From a bacterium (GTDB lineage Bacteria > Hinthialibacterota > Hinthialibacteria > Hinthialibacterales > Hinthialibacteraceae): a DNA stretch of 20,240 nucleotides. Positions 15,819 to 20,240 of this stretch are shown piece after piece. Every line of letters starts with the position of its first letter. Within the stretch, counting starts at the first letter, position 1. Under the pieces are notes generated by a model. That model had not been told where the DNA came from. It did no database searches and saw only the letters and a list, made by a program, of their open reading frames with translations. The position numbers and the translations under genes are program-made. The DNA lies in the NCBI GenBank assembly GCA_963663405.2, contig CAXXSM010000169.1:1-20240 (forward strand), in the 5' to 3' direction.

Positions 15819-17165
15819 CTAGCCAGTTTTGCCCAAATTTTGCCCAAAAAATGGTTCCCCATTATTACTGTTGTTTCCTTGATAAAGGTCATTGAACGTT
15901 TTTCCATCACTCGAGCCGGATGATCGTTCTATATATTTGCTATAGACCTTGATTATCATCTCGGTGTTCCGATGGCCTAATACACTGGCGATCCATAACG
16001 GATTCTCTCCACAACTCAGGGCATTCGTAGCAAAACTATGCCGGGTTTGTCTCATATCTCGAATCTTGAGATCTGCTTGTTTGAGCGCCGGTAGCCAGAC
16101 TTTTCTCCGAAAATTGCTGGGATGAATTCGTGCGCCTCTTGGAGTGCAAAAGAAGTATTCCGGTGAATCCAACCGCTCATGAATCCTTTTTTGCTCCCTT
16201 AACGCGTCCCTCATAACCGGTAGAAGTTTGATCGTACGGCGGCTGTATTGATTCTTGGTTTTCCCTTCAATGGGTCTTCCCGATTCATCACGAGTCATCG
16301 CTCTCTTGATATGGAGCGCTCCCTTTTCCCAATCAATATCTTTCGACTTTAAACCGATTTGTTCTCCTTGGCGTAATCCGGTTGAAAAGGCGAATTTAAA
16401 ATAAGGTTTCCAATGATCCGGTAATACCGCGATAAGCCGTTCTTGCTCCTGAAGGGAGAAAGGACGCACTTTATGATATGGATCATCCACTGACAATTTC
16501 TTGTAATCCAAAAACGGGTGGAATTGGTTTCCCCACTTATAGTGATGAACGGCTCCCTTGCAAACCATTTTTAACACAGTCATACATTTGTTCAGGGTTG
16601 CATTGCTTACGGTATATCCCCGGAGTTTTTGTTTTCTAGCCCAAGAAAAGAACTTATCGAAAGCAAGAAGATTTAATTCCTCAAAGGAAAGCGGGCCAAA
16701 AAAAGGCTTCAAATAATTTCGAATTAAATCGTTGTAGCCCAATAATGTTCGTTCTGTCACACGGCCGGAATCCCGCAATAATTCATACCATTCCTGGATG
16801 AATTCACCACAGGAAACTTGGTTCGGTTGTAATTCAATCCCCATCGTTGCCTGTTCTTTCTTTTGAAAATAGTCCTTCTTTCGGCTATAGGGAAAGACTT
16901 CCGCAAATCGGAATGTTCCTAACTCAATCGCGGAATGGATCCGGTCAAGTTGTTTACGCGCCAAGGCTGAATTTTTCTCACTCCAGGGAAGCCGGGTATT
17001 TTCTCGCACGCGCTCCTCCATATAATAAAAATCCACATAGACGGCGCCGTTGATATTGCGGACGGATCCTTTTTTATGCCGATTCATGCCACGTTTTCGT
17101 GTTGGACTTTCCTTTCGTTTTGGGGACGATATGGCATCGTTTCGAATAATGGTATTGCTTTTCAT
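15819..17165 (-). CDS. Tyrosine integrase with DUF3596-type arm-binding N-terminus
   Basis: VYVDFYYMEERVRE...GTFRFAEVFP N-terminus; catalytic TGLRQGE, KTKN, RQTRH, VLGH, KVYSKY. The 3' end abuts the att. Confidence 0.92.
   Translation of the reverse strand: MKSNTIIRNDAISSPKRKESPTRKRGMNRHKKGSVRNINGAVYVDFYYMEERVRENTRLPWSEKNSALARKQLDRIHSAIELGTFRFAEVFPYSRKKDYFQKKEQATMGIELQPNQVSCGEFIQEWYELLRDSGRVTERTLLGYNDLIRNYLKPFFGPLSFEELNLLAFDKFFSWARKQKLRGYTVSNATLNKCMTVLKMVCKGAVHHYKWGNQFHPFLDYKKLSVDDPYHKVRPFSLQEQERLIAVLPDHWKPYFKFAFSTGLRQGEQIGLKSKDIDWEKGALHIKRAMTRDESGRPIEGKTKNQYSRRTIKLLPVMRDALREQKRIHERLDSPEYFFCTPRGARIHPSNFRRKVWLPALKQADLKIRDMRQTRHSFATNALSCGENPLWIASVLGHRNTEMIIKVYSKYIERSSGSSDGKTFNDLYQGNNSNNGEPFFGQNLGKTG
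15827..15848 (+). repeat. Tandem direct repeat, putative arm-type site of the right integrase
   Basis: TTTTGCCCAAA twice (15827, 15838), overlapping the last codons of the integrase. Confidence 0.6.
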
Positions 17166-17280
17166 GGTATTATCCTTTCATATTGGCGACCTCCCTTCTT
17201 CGAATATCACCAGAATTAGATATAACGAGAAGCCAAAGAAGAGTAAAGGTATGAACAAAGGTGAGGACGCCTTTTACTGA

Positions 17281-17637
17281 TCAGATATTGATTGCGCTTT
17301 TGAGGTTAGGGGTGGAATCGCCGTTCCTATCCTGTGAATCAAACTCAGAATTCGAGTCATCTTTGCCAGAATCCATCTCTTTTCGAATGGATTCTGTTTT
17401 GCCTAAAACGTTTCGATCGTGTTGAGAAGATTTCTCCAGCCATTCAATCATGGCGTGCCAAATCCAGAGCGTTTTTTTCGGTGAAGGTTGCAGAAAATGT
17501 ACGCCTTGTTGAAATTCCCCTTGATACTTTTTGTTGTAAAGGGTTTGCCGGGCGATTTTAATCCGTTGGCTCAATTCTTTCGTGGTTAAGTATTCGTTCA
17601 TTTGAACCGTCCATTGATTTGAATCCAATTTATCCAC
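17281..17637 (-). CDS. Excisionase/AlpA-like HTH protein
   Basis: YLTTKELSQRIKIARQTLYN...GVHF...TLWIWHAMIEWL, directly upstream of the integrase. True start may be the ATG at 17601. Confidence 0.75.
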   Translation of the reverse strand: MDKLDSNQWTVQMNEYLTTKELSQRIKIARQTLYNKKYQGEFQQGVHFLQPSPKKTLWIWHAMIEWLEKSSQHDRNVLGKTESIRKEMDSGKDDSNSEFDSQDRNGDSTPNLKSAINI

Positions 17638-17944
17638 CTATTTTTTTCATTAATTCAGAGGGTGGTTTGTAGGGATTCTGCTCCATTTTCGAATTCGTCT
17701 CACTGCTTTTCTCCTCAGAGCGATTGTTGGGCTCCTCTTCGACAAACATGTACAGATTCTCAAGTGTCGCAGGATCGCTTCCGACTAGAGAGGTGGGAAG
17801 CAAATGGCCTTTGATCAACTTGATCTGAATGACTCCTTTGACTTTTTTGAATACGGATAAATCTAACGTGCCGGAATGAAATTCTTGCTCTTCCTCTTCC
17901 ATTTTCTGCTCGAATACCGCGACAAGATTGATGTTCGGTTTCAT
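17630..17944 (-). CDS. Hypothetical protein
   Basis: ATG at 17944 (MKPNINLVAVF...) after AAAGGAAG, just downstream of the primase stop. The longer start in the ORF track overlaps the primase. Confidence 0.65.
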   Translation of the reverse strand: MKPNINLVAVFEQKMEEEEQEFHSGTLDLSVFKKVKGVIQIKLIKGHLLPTSLVGSDPATLENLYMFVEEEPNNRSEEKSSETNSKMEQNPYKPPSELMKKIGG

Positions 17945-17960
17945 GGTCTTTCTTCCTTTC

Positions 17961-18973
17961 TTATTGGAGATTTTGATTTCTCTTTTGGTACAAAGGACAC
18001 TCGTTGGAACAAAAGGATTTGATGACAGGTTCCTCGCAGCCGTAGCCGCGATACTCTTTTTCATAGGCCCATTTCACCTGCGACTTGATTTCATGGTCGG
18101 TAATTCTCTGCTTTCCATTGACTGGTCGGTTTTTTAGGGCCCAGACTTTTAGGACAACCATTGCTATATCAAAAGGAAAGCCGATACGCTTTAGGTGTAC
18201 GGATAGCCGGAAACAGGCGACGCGTTGATTCTCACATACTCCTTGATCGAGTGTTTCCCGGGCGCAAGGAGGCAAGGCGAAGGATTTTCGCTCGTCGATA
18301 CTATCCGGCTTTAACGCATCTTGTAGCGGTTTGAGGTCGTTTATCTCGATCGTTTCATCGAGAACAGATTCGGGAACAGGATCAATCGTTGCAAGGAATT
18401 CCCATTGGTCTGGATAGGGGAGAAACGAATCATTTGGATCAACGAAAACGGTTTTCCCCTTTTGAGACTAACTGACCGAACAGCGGCGCATTGATGTAAT
18501 TTCCGTATTGATTGGCCGAATTGAGCCGGTCTTGTTTGGGGAAGATTTCGACATCCAAACAATCGATTTCTTGGAGTATGTGATGGATCACCATCCGCGC
18601 TTTTGCGGCGAGAACGCCTCGCTCATCGAAGAAAATCCAGACATGAAATCCTTTGGATTTACTGACTTCGACATACGCGGGGATTTGATAGTGTTGAACG
18701 TGGTGAACGAATTGAACGACGAGATCCGGATCCAGCCGGTCAAAATCGGCCGCGATGGCGCGGATGTGGTCATCAATCAGCAGAAACACCCCATACGGCC
18801 GCGCCCCTTTGAGATGTTTGATCAGAACCTTGTCATCGACCGGCCGTTTTAGGACATAGCATCGCTTGGTTTCTGGATCGTAGGTCCCATAAAACGTTCC
18901 GTAAACCTGAAAAACGGTGGCCAAAGAGCGCCACTTTCTCATTCATCTTGAGTTGCTTACTCATTCCATTCAT
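17961..18973 (-). pseudogene. AEP primase(-polymerase), TOTE/CAPP-like, with Cys-rich PriL/PriCT-like C-terminus; two +1 frameshifts
   Basis: Removing one base at 18891-18894 and one at 18456-18459 yields a 336-aa ORF: ...FSGLRNVYGTYDP...HLKGARPYGVF...AADFD...EVSKSKGFHVWIFF...EIFPKQD...GNYINAPLFG...GKTVFVD...PYPDQWEFL...LPPCA...YGCEEP...FCSNECPL. Confidence 0.85.
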
Positions 18974-19540
18974 CGTTTTTTCCCCTTCCATGGAGTTGGT
19001 TTCATTGTTTTGTGAAATGCGCTTTCACTCTATATAGCGGGAATTATTGGATCGTTTTTTCAGGAAAACTAAAAAAAACTCATTTTTTTGTAGAGATCTC
19101 ATTCGAGCGTTGAGTCAAATTCGATGACGACGCGTTGTGTATTCTTATCAAGTCCAGTATGCTCTCTCCGCCCAATAGAACTTGTTGCATGAGACGTATT
19201 AACATGGTTCTGAGTGGTTTTATTAAGAAAGCGCGGGTCATGAACGCACTGCCTGAAACGGTGGAGATTAATCGTCCGAACAAACCGGTTTGTTCCTAGA
19301 ACAGAGAGCGGATTCATTTGGGTGAAAGTAGATCGATTCTTTTTGAAAAAAGTCCGTGCTCGATTGTTTTGGAAAATAGGTTTCATCTTGTATCGGGGAT
19401 TTTGTCAAGGTGATTTTGGTAAGGCGGCCTTGTTTTTAAGGAAGCCTTTCTGGATCGCTTTGGTGATCTTACTTCATTCGACCATCAGTTCGATCCTTAA
19501 AATCTGATAGATGAAAACACAAAGGTTCATATGGAAATAA

Positions 19541-20240
19541 TTGGGATCTGTGGGCGTGATCTTCTTCCGGGCGATGGGCGGCGCCACTCGATTTGATTTG
19601 GAGACGAACCGGAGGCATTGGGTCTCGCCGATGCGGCCCAACTGTCATGATGGAGTCACGATCGCGAATGGCCTTCTCTTCTGGTACCCTTCGGTGTGTG
19701 ATTGTCAATTGACGCTCTATGGCGTTACCTGTCTGGGACCGGCGGGAAAGTTCGATTTCAATCCAGAGGTACATAACGCGGAGCGCCGTGAAAAGTCTGC
19801 GAGCGGTGTTCTGGAAGTTGAACCGCTCCCCGAATCGACTGCTGACTGGCCCACGTTCCGCGCCAACAATCAAGGAACAGCCCGGTCGCGCGCTGTTATC
19901 CCTACTACTGCGGCGCCGCTTTGGCGGGCGGAGCCTCGCGCGGTTTTTACTCCCACCGCGCCTGTCTCTGTGGGGGATCTTACATTTCTCAGTGGCTCGG
20001 ATGGAATTGTCCGCGCTCTTGATGGGCGCACGGGACGAATCCAATGGAAAGCCTATGTTGGAGGGGCTGTCCGTGTATCGCCCACCGTCTGGAACGGGAG
20101 AGTATTAGTTGGATCTGGAGACGGGCGTGTGTATGCTTTCGAGGCGCAAACCGGCCGACGGCTTTGGAGTTTTCGCGCCGCTCCGACCGAGCGCAAGATC
20201 CCTGTCTACGACGCTTTGCTGTTCACCTAGCCTGTGACCA
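19541..20240 (+). pseudogene. Fragment of a PQQ-type/BamB-like beta-propeller repeat protein
   Basis: MRPNCHDG, DWPTFRANNQG, GSDGIVRALDGRTGRIQW, GSGDGRVYAFEAQTGRRLWSF. Begins mid-domain right after a TAA; TAG at 20228-20230 sits in a T*PV context where Trp (TGG) would fit. Confidence 0.7.

Noticed and set aside
19080-20108. ORFs 19080-19283, 19099-19386, 19322-19507, 19469-20044 and 19719-20108
   Set aside because: Mutually overlapping, no recognisable motifs or RBS; the last two shadow the PQQ-propeller frame.

Overview
The window is almost entirely a composite, partly decayed genomic island built around the 3' half of a tRNA-Arg(UCG) (15733-15776), which looks like an attachment site shared by two tandem integrative elements. 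Left element (minus strand): a P4-type tyrosine integrase (frameshifted) next to the att and, about 10 kb away, a phage-satellite-like replication module. That module has an AlpA/Xis-type HTH, a small Zn-finger, an AEP primase plus DUF927 helicase that is probably one gene split by a 1-nt frameshift, an iteron-like ori and two small coupled genes. Between them lies cargo: a DUF4031/Zn-ribbon fusion gene, an AT-rich secreted WD40 beta-propeller gene bracketed by two diverged copies of the Zn-ribbon 3' end, a 223-aa orphan, and a type I restriction subunit (hsdR) whose 5' end was cut off by an IS3-family element with no target duplication. Right element (minus strand): a second tyrosine integrase, an excisionase-like HTH, a hypothetical gene and an AEP primase with a PriL-like Cys-rich C-terminus (two frameshifts). 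It abuts a truncated PQQ-type beta-propeller pseudogene. The most unusual signals are the cassette-like duplication of the Zn-ribbon 3' end around the WD40 gene and a shared two-hairpin micro-element nested inside two unrelated palindromic repeats flanking that block in inverted orientation. All family assignments come from motif recognition by eye; no searches were run. Several 1-nt indels could be sequencing errors.
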